From contig JANRLX010000127.1 of the NCBI GenBank assembly GCA_033762115.1, positions 1 to 24,402 on the forward strand: 24,402 bases of DNA, read 5' to 3'. Under the pieces are notes generated by a model. The model had not been told where the DNA came from and made no database searches. It saw nothing but the letters and a program-made list of their open reading frames with translations. The position numbers were made by a program, and so were the translations under genes. Positions 1-8,285 of the stretch are shown one piece after another (the stretch's first letter is position 1; the number at the start of each line of letters is the position of its first letter). Origin of the DNA: Verrucomicrobiota bacterium. GTDB taxonomy: Bacteria; Verrucomicrobiota; Verrucomicrobiia; Limisphaerales; SXQI01.

Positions 1-1440
1 TGGCACTCCCTGGCCATCCTTCACCGCCTCGACAAGGAAACTTCCGGCCTGCTTCTTTTCGGAAAATCCTCCCTCGCCAATAAATCCCTTACCGATCAAT
101 TTGCCCGAAGAAAAGTCCATAAAACATACCATCTTCTTACAAGAGGAAAGCTTCCCAGGGAATCTCTCACCGTTTCATCAAAAATTGCCAGGGTGGGGGA
201 GCGTTACAAAAGCGGGAGCAATGGCGAACCGGCCGAGACCCGCTTCAAATTAATAAAAAAAATCGGCGATAAACTTCTCATTGCAGCCGAGCCCGTCACC
301 GGTCGAACCCACCAGATCCGCGTTCACGCCTCCGAAAATGGGTTTCCCATCCTTGGGGATCTCCCTTATGGAGGCGCTCCTGCTCCGCGTCTTTGCCTTC
401 ACGCCTGTGAACTGCAATTTCAGCATCCCGCCTCCCATCAATTTTTCAGCTTCCGCGCCGAACCGGATTTTGACCGGCATCCCTCCTTACAACTTCGCAG
501 CAGCCTTTTCCCCTCCGAGGAGCATACCGCCTACCGCCTGATTCATGGGGCGGCAGACAAAATGCCTGGGTTTTACCTGGATCGTTTCGGTGATTTTCTG
601 CTCGCCCAATCCGAACTTCGTCCCACACCTGCCCAAATGCGGTTGCTCGAATCCATTTCAATCGAGCACGGTTCACGCGCCACCTATCATAAAACATGGA
701 GTCGCCACACCCAATCCAGGGGGGTCGAGGAAAGCAGCCCCGCGCTCCTTTTTGGCGATCCTGCGCCTGACCCGTTTACAATTCTTGAAAACGGCCTCCG
801 TTACGAGATCAGTTTCAGGCAGGGCTATTCCGTCGGCATCTTTCCTGACCAGCGGGACAATCGTCGCTCCTTTTTGAATTCCTTCATTTCCCCCACCTTT
901 CCATTTCCTGAATTTAAAAATCGTTCCCTGCTCAACACATTCGCTTACACCTGCGGTTTTTCCGTCGCTGCCGCCAAAGCTGGATGGCAAACCACCAGCC
1001 TGGATCTCTCGGGCAAGTACCTCGATTGGGGAAAGCGAAACATGCAATTGAACGCCATCGACCCTGCGAAGCATGATTTTATTTTTGGTGATGTTTTTGA
1101 ATGGATGAACCGCCTCGCCAAAAAAGAGCGCAAATTTTCTGCCATTGTTCTCGATCCTCCCACTTTTTCCCACTCGAAGAACCAGCAGTTCCGTGCCGAA
1201 CGTGATTACGCCCGGCTTGTTGCTGCTGCGCTTCCGCTCCTCGAACGGCCCGGCCTCCTCTTCGCTTCCACCAACGCAGCCCGGCTTGCCCCCGAAGAAT
1301 TCATCCTCCAGGTCGAGACGGGGGTGCGATCAGTGGGAAGAATTCCCACTATTTCCCACTTTGTCCCGCAACCCCCCGATTTCCCAATCACCCGCGAGGA
1401 ACCTGCCTACCTCAAAACCTTGTGGCTCCTGGTCGAATAA
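1..1440 (+). CDS. RluA-family pseudouridine synthase fused to a class I SAM-dependent rRNA methyltransferase (RlmI/RlmK-like); 5' end outside window
   Basis: Frame 1 is open from base 1 (WHSLAILHRLDKETSGLLLF) and contains the RluA catalytic motif HRLDKETSG, plus GRTHQIRVH and PILGDLPYG. The C-terminal half has GIFPDQRDNR, LNTFAYTCGFS and VLDPPTF, typical of RlmI/RlmK-type methyltransferases. Confidence 0.9.
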   Translation, partial: WHSLAILHRLDKETSGLLLFGKSSLANKSLTDQFARRKVHKTYHLLTRGKLPRESLTVSSKIARVGERYKSGSNGEPAETRFKLIKKIGDKLLIAAEPVTGRTHQIRVHASENGFPILGDLPYGGAPAPRLCLHACELQFQHPASHQFFSFRAEPDFDRHPSLQLRSSLFPSEEHTAYRLIHGAADKMPGFYLDRFGDFLLAQSELRPTPAQMRLLESISIEHGSRATYHKTWSRHTQSRGVEESSPALLFGDPAPDPFTILENGLRYEISFRQGYSVGIFPDQRDNRRSFLNSFISPTFPFPEFKNRSLLNTFAYTCGFSVAAAKAGWQTTSLDLSGKYLDWGKRNMQLNAIDPAKHDFIFGDVFEWMNRLAKKERKFSAIVLDPPTFSHSKNQQFRAERDYARLVAAALPLLERPGLLFASTNAARLAPEEFILQVETGVRSVGRIPTISHFVPQPPDFPITREEPAYLKTLWLLVE

Positions 1441-1450
1441 CCGCAACATA

Positions 1451-1479
1451 TCGACTTTTATCATCGCCCTGGCTATGTT
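1451..1479 (+). promoter_or_regulatory. possible sigma70-type promoter for the nuclease-ligase gene
   Basis: TCGACT-17 bp-TATGTT, 12 nt upstream of ATG 1492. Weak match. Confidence 0.3.
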
Positions 1480-1491
1480 TATATTCCCTGA

Positions 1492-4266
1492 ATGTCAGCC
1501 TTGGATATCCAGTTTCATCGTGGCGGGGTCTTCCTGCCGAAGTTGGGTCTATGGCTTGATCCTCATCTTCCCATAGCCGGTCCTGAGCAGGTTTTTATCA
1601 GCCATGCCCATTCAGATCATACCGGGATCCATCGGGAAATCATCGTCAGCGAGCCAACCTCCCGGCTCATGCACGCCCGCATCGCGGGAGAATGGAGTGA
1701 AAACATCCTCCCATTCGGGACTTCCCGCCAATTCAAAGCCACAGGATTTCCCTACAATCTGACGCTGCTCCCGGCCGGTCACATATTTGGAAGCGCCATG
1801 AGCCTCGTGGAGGTGGAGAGCAGTTCACTCCTTTACACAGGGGATTTCAAACTGCGACAGGGACTTTCAGCGGAAAAATGCGAGCCCCGGAAGGCAGACA
1901 TCCTGATCATGGAGACCACCTATGGCCGTCCCCACTATAAATTTCCTCCCACCCCGGAGGTGATCCGTGGCGTCATCCGATTTTGCCGTGAAGCGCTGGA
2001 TAATGATGAAACTGCCGTCCTCCTGGGCTACTCCCTCGGAAAAAGCCAGGAGTTGCTCTGCGGCCTGGCGGATGCCGGTCTTCCCATCATGCTTCATGGC
2101 ACCGTCCACAAGTTGACGAAAATTTATGAGCAGTTCGGGCAATGCTTCCCAGCTTACGAAAAATATGAAAGCAGCCTGGCCAGGGGGAAAGTCCTGCTTT
2201 GTCCCCCTAATGTCAGTAATTCCAATATGCTTCGCAATCTTGGCCGCTGCCGGATTGCTGTTTTGACTGGCTGGGCCGTCGATCCAAACTGCCGTTTTCG
2301 TTATAATGCCCATGCCGCCTTTCCTTTGAGCGACCATGCGGACTTCACCGATCTGATTTCACTGGTCGAGCAGGTTCAGCCAAAAAAGATTTATACCCTT
2401 CATGGTTTTGCGGCGGAGTTTGCCCAAACCTTGCGGGAACGGGGCTATGACGCCCAGGCATTAAGTCAGGAGGAGCAGCTTTCCCTTCCTCTTACCCTCA
2501 CCCCGCCTAAAAAAATAAAACCTCCATCACGTGAAACCGATCTGACGCCTGTTCGGGCTCAAGCTCCCCAGCCTCTTGGTTTTGCTGCGTTTGCCACAAC
2601 CTGTGCTGCTGTCGGGAGCACGACCAAAAAATTGGAAAAAACCCGCATTCTTGCGGATTATTTCAAAACGCTGGACCGCGATTCCCTTTTGTTGACTTCA
2701 GTCTGGTTTACCGGAGTTCCGTTCCCCTCCTCTCAAAACAAAATCCTCCAGCTGGGCTGGGCTGTTATTCGTGATTCACTTTGTGCCATCAGCGGTATGG
2801 ACCAGGGAGAGTTTGGCCAGATTTATCTCAAGCATTCTGATCTGGGCGAAACCACTTTTGAAGTGTTGCAAAGGGAGGAAAGCAGCAGCCAGATGCAAAG
2901 CGTCAAGCAGACCGGCGAGCTGTTTGATGCACTGCTCGCGGCGCGAGGGCCAATTGCAAAACTTCCCCTGTTGACTCGTGCGTTGCGCGAATCCTCCCCC
3001 CTTGAAGGGAAATATCTCGTCAAAATTCTCACCGGCGATCTTCGCATCGGTTTAAAGGAGGGGTTGGTGGAGGATGCCATCGCCCAGGCCTTTGAAGCGC
3101 CGCTGGACAAGGTCAAAAGCGCCAATCTTTTGCTTGGGCATATTGGTGAAACCGCGGTTTTGGCCCAGCATCAGCAATTGAATTCGGCATCGCTGGTGCC
3201 TTATCGACCGGTCAAGTACATGCTGGCGTCCCCTGAGGAAACGGCGGCGGATATCTGGCAGCGGGTGATTGAGTGGCATGACAAGGGGCGCGCTCGAAAT
3301 GGAACCGAGTTGCCATTGCCGAATTTCCCCGCAGACCACCTCATCACGGTATGGGTGGAGGACAAGTATGACGGCATCCGGGCCCAGTTGCACAAGGTGG
3401 GGAATGCGGTGGCAATTTACTCGCGCGATTTAAAGGAGATCACCTCGACTTTCCTGGAGGTGGCGGACAAGGCCCGCAAGCTGGAAGGCGATTTTATTCT
3501 CGATGGAGAAATTGTGGGAATGAGAGGCGAGCAGGTGCTTCCCTATTCTGAATTGCAAAAAAGATTGGGGAGAAAAGAGGGAGACCTGTTCATGGGAGAA
3601 CAGCTCCCTGTACAGTTGGTTGTTTTTGACCTGCTCTGGATCAACGGAGAGAATCTGCTGGATCAGCCGCTGGCGGTGCGTCGTGCGCGATTGGAAAAAA
3701 TCGAGGGCTCGGCATTTCGCCTTGCGCGAATCACCAGGGTGCATTCCTCGGAGGAGATTGAGGAGGCTTTCACCGCGGCGCGCGCACGAGACAACGAAGG
3801 GCTGATCATCAAGGAGCCATCATCAGTCTATACGCCTGGTCGGCGCGGTCTTGCCTGGCTCAAGCTGAAGAAAGCATTTGCGACGCTGGATTGCGTGGTT
3901 GTCGGAGCGGAGTACGGGCATGGCAAAAGAAAGGATGTGCTGAGCGATTATACTTTTGCCGTTCGTGATGACAAAACCGGGGAGTTGAAAACGATCGGCA
4001 AGGCTTACAGTGGTTTGACAGATGTGGAAATCGCGCAACTCACCAGCCATTTTCTAAAACGGGTTGAATGGCAAAAGGGGCGTTTTCATGCGGTCAAACC
4101 GGATACAGTCCTGGAAATTGCATTCGACCTGATCCAACCCAGTTCCCGCCATTCATCCGGTCTGGCAATGCGTTTTCCGCGGATCATCCGAATTCGGACG
4201 GACAAGACGATTAACGAGATTGATACGCTTGCCACAGCCACCGCCCTGGTGAAGCCGGCCAGATAA
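1492..4266 (+). CDS. MBL/beta-CASP-type ligase-associated exonuclease fused to ATP-dependent DNA ligase
   Basis: The N-terminus has SHAHSDH, PAGHIFG, YTGD, LSDHAD and TLHG (metallo-beta-lactamase/beta-CASP motifs). The C-terminus has ligase motifs EDKYDG (adenylated Lys), LDGE, VFDLL, EGLIIK, WLKLK and RFPRI, preceded by a DNA-binding domain (DLRIGL). Confidence 0.93.
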   Translation: MSALDIQFHRGGVFLPKLGLWLDPHLPIAGPEQVFISHAHSDHTGIHREIIVSEPTSRLMHARIAGEWSENILPFGTSRQFKATGFPYNLTLLPAGHIFGSAMSLVEVESSSLLYTGDFKLRQGLSAEKCEPRKADILIMETTYGRPHYKFPPTPEVIRGVIRFCREALDNDETAVLLGYSLGKSQELLCGLADAGLPIMLHGTVHKLTKIYEQFGQCFPAYEKYESSLARGKVLLCPPNVSNSNMLRNLGRCRIAVLTGWAVDPNCRFRYNAHAAFPLSDHADFTDLISLVEQVQPKKIYTLHGFAAEFAQTLRERGYDAQALSQEEQLSLPLTLTPPKKIKPPSRETDLTPVRAQAPQPLGFAAFATTCAAVGSTTKKLEKTRILADYFKTLDRDSLLLTSVWFTGVPFPSSQNKILQLGWAVIRDSLCAISGMDQGEFGQIYLKHSDLGETTFEVLQREESSSQMQSVKQTGELFDALLAARGPIAKLPLLTRALRESSPLEGKYLVKILTGDLRIGLKEGLVEDAIAQAFEAPLDKVKSANLLLGHIGETAVLAQHQQLNSASLVPYRPVKYMLASPEETAADIWQRVIEWHDKGRARNGTELPLPNFPADHLITVWVEDKYDGIRAQLHKVGNAVAIYSRDLKEITSTFLEVADKARKLEGDFILDGEIVGMRGEQVLPYSELQKRLGRKEGDLFMGEQLPVQLVVFDLLWINGENLLDQPLAVRRARLEKIEGSAFRLARITRVHSSEEIEEAFTAARARDNEGLIIKEPSSVYTPGRRGLAWLKLKKAFATLDCVVVGAEYGHGKRKDVLSDYTFAVRDDKTGELKTIGKAYSGLTDVEIAQLTSHFLKRVEWQKGRFHAVKPDTVLEIAFDLIQPSSRHSSGLAMRFPRIIRIRTDKTINEIDTLATATALVKPAR

Positions 4267-4272
4267 TCGTGC

Positions 4273-4308
4273 AAATAAAAAGAAAAGGCGGGCCGAAGGG
4301 CCCGCCTT
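4273..4308 (-). terminator. intrinsic terminator of pnp, between convergent genes
   Basis: Perfect 10-bp stem AAGGCGGGCC/GGCCCGCCTT (4285-4308) with a 4-nt loop, followed on the minus strand by TTCTTTTTATTT. Confidence 0.85.
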
Positions 4309-4330
4309 GCAATTGATTGTTCCGTCAGGG

Positions 4331-6463
4331 TCAGGCTTTTGGAGCCATTTCCTTGTCACGCTCTTCCATGGCTGCGCGCCGGGAGAGTTTCACCCGGCCC
4401 TTGTCATCGATTCCGATGCATTTGACCCAGATTTCATCGCCCATTTTGACAATGTCTTCGACTTGCTTGACACGGAAGTTTGCCAGTTCGCTGATGTGCA
4501 CCAGGCCATCCTTGCCGGGGAACACTTCGACGAAAGCGCCGAATTCCTTGATGCTGACCACGCGACCGCGGTACATCTTGTTGATCTCAATTTCCGCAGT
4601 GAGGCCTTCAATCGCCTGGCGGGCGATTTTCATTCCTTCTTCCGCAGTCGAGTAAATATTAACTGTTCCATCGTCCTCGATGTTGATTTCGCACCCGGAC
4701 TCTTCAACGATCCGTTTAATGTTTTTGCCACCCGGCCCGATCAATGCGCCGATCTTCTCCGGATTGATTTTCAGGCTGATGATTCGAGGAGCGTACTTGC
4801 TCAGGTCGGAACGTGGGGCTGCCAGGGTCTTGCCCATTTCGGCAAGAATATGGAGGCGGGCCACACGCGCCTTCTCGACGGCTTCTTCCATCAATTTGTG
4901 AGGAAGGCCTTTCAGTTTCAGATCGAGCTGGAACCCGGTGATTCCTTTTTCAGTCCCGGCAATTTTGCAATCCATATCGCAAAATGCATCTTCCCAACCA
5001 ATGATGTCGGTCAGCATTTCGTAGCGGGAAATCTCTTTGGAATCGTTGTATTCGGTGCAGATACCTATGCTGATGCCCGCCACCGGACGAATCATCGGGA
5101 CCCCTGCATCCATCAATGCCAGGCTGCCGCTGCAAACGGAGGCCATCGAAGTGGAGCCGTTTGACTCCATGATTTCGCACGTGACGCGGATCGCATATGG
5201 AAATTCCTTGAACGGCACCATCGGTTCGATGGAGCGTTCAGCGAGTGCGCCGTGGCCGATTTCACGGCGACCGGGCCCGCTGATGCGGCCTGTCTCACCA
5301 ACTGAAAAATTCGGGAAGTTATAATGCAGGATGAACTGCTTTTGGTTGGAACCACCAGTGTAGGAATCAAATTCCTGTGAATCTTCCGTGGTGCCAAGGG
5401 TGGCCAATGCCACGGCCTGGGTTTCGCCACGGCTGAACAATGCAGATCCGTGAGCGCGGGGGATAATGCCAGCCTCGCTGATGATGGGGCGGATATCCGT
5501 GAAACCGCGACCATCGAGACGTTTTTTGCTGTCGAGGACCAATCCGCGGACGGCTTCCTTCTGGATATAATAAAACGCATCCTTGAGGACGAACTCGGTG
5601 ACTTTCTCGGCGCCGAATTTTTCGACCAGCTTTGCGCCGACTTCCTGCTGAATGGCTTTCACAGCGGCCTCGCGGGCCAGCTTCATGGGGGTCAGGAGGG
5701 CAGGGATCATCTTTTCACCAGCGAGGGCCTTTGCCTCGATGAGAATTTCCTCCGGAACCACGTTCAAGGTGATCTGGCGCTTTGGTTTTCCCACTCTGGA
5801 GGTGAGTTCCTGCTGTGCTTTGATAATCGGCTGACAGGCGACCTGGGCAAATTGAAGGGCGGCATTGAAATCTGCCTCGGAAATTTCCTTCGCAGCGCCT
5901 TCGAACATAACCACATCGGTGGTGTTGCCCACGTAAACGAGGTCCAGGTCACTTTCGCTCATCTCGCTGTGCGTTGGGTTGGCAATGAACTGTCCCTTCA
6001 CGCGGCCAACACGGACCGCCCCAAGCGGCCCATCCCAGGGGATGTCACTGACCATGAGCGAGGCGGAAGCGCCGATGATGCTCAAAATATCAGGATCGTT
6101 CTCCCCATCAGCGCTGAGCAGGACGCTTTGGACCTGGACTTCATTGTACCAACCTTTTGGAAACAATGGGCGAATAGGCCGGTCAATTACGCGGCTGGTC
6201 AGGATTTCCTTTTCGGTGGGCCGTCCTTCCCGTTTGAAGTAGCCGCCGGGGAATTTCCCCGCTGCCGCTGCTTTTTCGCGGTAATCAACGGTCAATGGAA
6301 AGAAATCCTGGCCCGGTTTTGCATTGGATGCGGCGACTGCCGCGACTAAAACGATCGTTTCCCCCAATTGAACTGTCACAGCGCCATCGGCCTGTTTGGC
6401 AAGTTTGCCTGTTTCAATGGTAATACTCCCTGTTCCAACCTGGAACGTCACTTTCTCTGGCAT
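4331..6463 (-). CDS. pnp: polyribonucleotide nucleotidyltransferase (PNPase)
   Basis: [45 protein letters not shown] domain (IGPGGKNI) and S1 domain (DGLVHISEL). Start placed at ATG 6463 (MPEKVTF); the longer TTG extension runs through a hairpin. Confidence 0.98.
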   Translation of the reverse strand: MPEKVTFQVGTGSITIETGKLAKQADGAVTVQLGETIVLVAAVAASNAKPGQDFFPLTVDYREKAAAAGKFPGGYFKREGRPTEKEILTSRVIDRPIRPLFPKGWYNEVQVQSVLLSADGENDPDILSIIGASASLMVSDIPWDGPLGAVRVGRVKGQFIANPTHSEMSESDLDLVYVGNTTDVVMFEGAAKEISEADFNAALQFAQVACQPIIKAQQELTSRVGKPKRQITLNVVPEEILIEAKALAGEKMIPALLTPMKLAREAAVKAIQQEVGAKLVEKFGAEKVTEFVLKDAFYYIQKEAVRGLVLDSKKRLDGRGFTDIRPIISEAGIIPRAHGSALFSRGETQAVALATLGTTEDSQEFDSYTGGSNQKQFILHYNFPNFSVGETGRISGPGRREIGHGALAERSIEPMVPFKEFPYAIRVTCEIMESNGSTSMASVCSGSLALMDAGVPMIRPVAGISIGICTEYNDSKEISRYEMLTDIIGWEDAFCDMDCKIAGTEKGITGFQLDLKLKGLPHKLMEEAVEKARVARLHILAEMGKTLAAPRSDLSKYAPRIISLKINPEKIGALIGPGGKNIKRIVEESGCEINIEDDGTVNIYSTAEEGMKIARQAIEGLTAEIEINKMYRGRVVSIKEFGAFVEVFPGKDGLVHISELANFRVKQVEDIVKMGDEIWVKCIGIDDKGRVKLSRRAAMEERDKEMAPKA

Positions 6464-6474
6464 AATGAATGATG

Positions 6475-6548
6475 CCCACTGGCGCCGAGGAACTTCAGTG
6501 AGCTCCCAAAAACGGAGGGACTCAGTGAAATCTCCCAGTGCCAATGGG
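6475..6548 (-). promoter_or_regulatory. long imperfect RNA hairpin in the pnp leader (candidate RNase III site)
   Basis: Nested complementary segments on the minus strand: CCCAUUGGC/GCCAGUGGG, GAG/CUC, UUCA/UGAA, UGAG/CUCA and CUCC/GGAG. It ends 11 nt before the pnp ATG. Confidence 0.6.
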
Positions 6549-6682
6549 ACTTTATCTACTTTTGAGACGCGATGATTTTTAGCAGCCCTGGGCCTGTTCG
6601 CGACTTCCAGGTCCGTTCCAAAGGAACTGGCTGACTTTCCTTAAGGAGGGACAATCCCCTGGGGATTTCCATCCAGAATTGA

Positions 6683-6940
6683 TTAACGGCGCAATTTCAG
6701 GCGCTTTGTCAAAGCCTGATAACGGCCCGCATCATGATTGTGCAGGTAATCCAGCAGGCGACGGCGCTGGCTGACCATTTTCAGCAACCCGCGGCGGGAG
6801 CTGTAATCTTTGCTGAATTTTTGCAGATGCTCAGTCAACTGATTGATCCGCTGGGTCAGCAATGCGACCTGGACATCGGCTGAACCTGTGTCCTTATCGT
6901 GTACCCGAAAATCTTGAATTGTTTTGGTCTTACTTTCCAT
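6683..6940 (-). CDS. rpsO: 30S ribosomal protein S15
   Basis: [16 protein letters not shown]...HL...[23 protein letters not shown], in the conserved rpsO-pnp order. Alternative ATG at 6949. Confidence 0.97.
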   Translation of the reverse strand: MESKTKTIQDFRVHDKDTGSADVQVALLTQRINQLTEHLQKFSKDYSSRRGLLKMVSQRRRLLDYLHNHDAGRYQALTKRLKLRR

Positions 6941-6971
6941 ACCTGACATTTTCTCTTGAGACAATCCGCGG

Positions 6972-7000
6972 AATGTAGATTGCCTCCCCCTGTGTGTAAA
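6972..7000 (-). promoter_or_regulatory. sigma70-type promoter of rpsO-pnp
   Basis: Minus strand TTTACA-17 bp-TACATT, about 30 nt upstream of the rpsO start. Confidence 0.55.
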
Positions 7001-7077
7001 GTAATTTTAAACCCCCGTTTCTGGAGGTTTTTCGCGGGTGAGGTTAAAATGGAACTCGTTCCTCTCCGTTCCGCGGC

Positions 7078-7419
7078 TTAATACCGTTCGCGATGGGAGC
7101 CTTCGCCGCCGCGCGAATCCCGTGCGCCCGCACGGTAACCGCCACCTGAGGGACGTGGAGGGCGTTCTTCCCGAGGGCGGGCAATGTTCACAGTGAGGGG
7201 ACGTCCCTGCAATTCCTTGCCGTGGAACATCTCAACGGCCTTGTTGGCTTCCTCTGCGGTGGCCAGTTCAACGAAGGCAAAGCCACGTGATTTGCCGGTG
7301 AATTTATCAAGCATCAGGTTCACCGAAGTGACGACGCCTGCCTGTGCGAAATGCTCCTGGAGATCATTCTCCAATGTCTGGTAGGAGAGATTCCCGACGA
7401 AGAGTCTGGATTCGTTCAT
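7078..7419 (-). CDS. RRM (RNP-1) RNA-binding protein with Gly/Arg-rich tail
   Basis: RNP2 LFVGNL, RNP1 RGFAFVEL, and LTVNIARPRE. Confidence 0.95.
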   Translation of the reverse strand: MNESRLFVGNLSYQTLENDLQEHFAQAGVVTSVNLMLDKFTGKSRGFAFVELATAEEANKAVEMFHGKELQGRPLTVNIARPREERPPRPSGGGYRAGARDSRGGEGSHRERY

Positions 7420-7554
7420 GGTGGTAGTGGGGTTTGGAGCCTAAAAACTGAAGTGGGGGGATACTGCACCCGCAGACATCACCGAATGTCGCTATTTGGG
7501 AACTGACATCTGTCATACTGACACCGATCCTGCTTTGTTTTTTTGGCGTCCAAC

Positions 7555-7582
7555 ATCTTAGCGAGTCAAAAATTGCAGTCAA
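7555..7582 (-). promoter_or_regulatory. sigma70-type promoter of the RRM gene
   Basis: Minus strand TTGACT-16 bp-TAAGAT, implying a leader of about 130 nt. Confidence 0.5.
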
Positions 7583-7644
7583 ACAAGAAAATCGAAAGTA
7601 TTAGAGGATCGAATACTTTTCTGAAGCAGCCATGTGCGAATGGG

Positions 7645-7923
7645 TCACTTGCGTTCGAGGCGAACCCTCGGCTCGGTCAGCCAGGTGGATTTGCATTCAG
7701 GGCATTTGGAAGGTTTACGCAGTTTGTCCGGGGAAAATTGAAAACCGCATTTTTTGCAGGCGGCAACTTCCACTACCGGGCGATATTCGGTATGCTTGAT
7801 TGACCGCAATAAATGTTCGATATCATCGAGCACTTCCCCTGGCGGTTGATCCGCCCAGCGGGCAATTTCACTGACAGTCATTGATTGCTGAAGGAGCAGG
7901 GGAATCAAATCTTTCCTGAACAT
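7645..7923 (-). CDS. small HTH + Zn-ribbon putative transcriptional regulator (COG3357-like)
   Basis: N-terminal HTH-like segment (MTVSEIAR...EVLDDIEHL) with CKKCGF and PSKCPECKS Cys pairs. ATG lies 2 nt after the folB stop. Confidence 0.8.
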   Translation of the reverse strand: MFRKDLIPLLLQQSMTVSEIARWADQPPGEVLDDIEHLLRSIKHTEYRPVVEVAACKKCGFQFSPDKLRKPSKCPECKSTWLTEPRVRLERK

Positions 7924-7925
7924 GA

Positions 7926-8285
7926 TCAAGTGGATTGCTGCCGGCGGACTTTAACTGAGACATAGCGGGTCTCGGGCAGAATAAATTTTTTGATCTCGAC
8001 CGTGGTGGCGCGGGGAGAAAATTCCTTCAACACCATCGTTGCGAGTTCGGAGGCAAGGGTTTCAATCAACTTCCAGTTACGGTCCTGCCCGAATTTCCTG
8101 ACGCGCTGACAAACGGCAAAGTAATCAATGGTTTTTGCAATGTCATCCGATGCGGCGGCGGAAGAAAAATCGTGCTCCATTTCAATACTAATGAGCAGTT
8201 TTTGCGGTTTGGAGCGTTCTTCATCCGGCACGCCGACATGGTAAAGCACGGCGATATCCCTGAGAGTAATCAGATCAGAATTCAT
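7926..8285 (-). CDS. folB: dihydroneopterin aldolase
   Basis: HVGVPDEER..PQ, SDDIAKTIDY, KLIETLA and EIKK. ATG 8285 overlaps the upstream gene's stop region by 11 nt. Confidence 0.92.
   Translation of the reverse strand: MNSDLITLRDIAVLYHVGVPDEERSKPQKLLISIEMEHDFSSAAASDDIAKTIDYFAVCQRVRKFGQDRNWKLIETLASELATMVLKEFSPRATTVEIKKFILPETRYVSVKVRRQQST

Noticed and set aside
1445..1479. AACATA...TATGTT inverted repeat upstream of the ligase gene as a possible SOS box
   Set aside because: Only 6-bp arms with a 23-bp gap, and it matches no LexA motif I know.
4307..6349. Long plus-strand ORFs 4307-5164 (285 aa) and 5450-6349 (299 aa)
   Set aside because: Antisense shadows of pnp arising from codon bias, with no recognisable motifs.
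6464..6544. 27-aa N-terminal extension of PNPase
   Set aside because: TTG start inside an RNA hairpin; PNPase similarity begins at ATG 6463.
7009..7032. Hairpin after the RRM gene as a terminator
   Set aside because: The 8-bp stem has no U tract on the transcribed (minus) strand.
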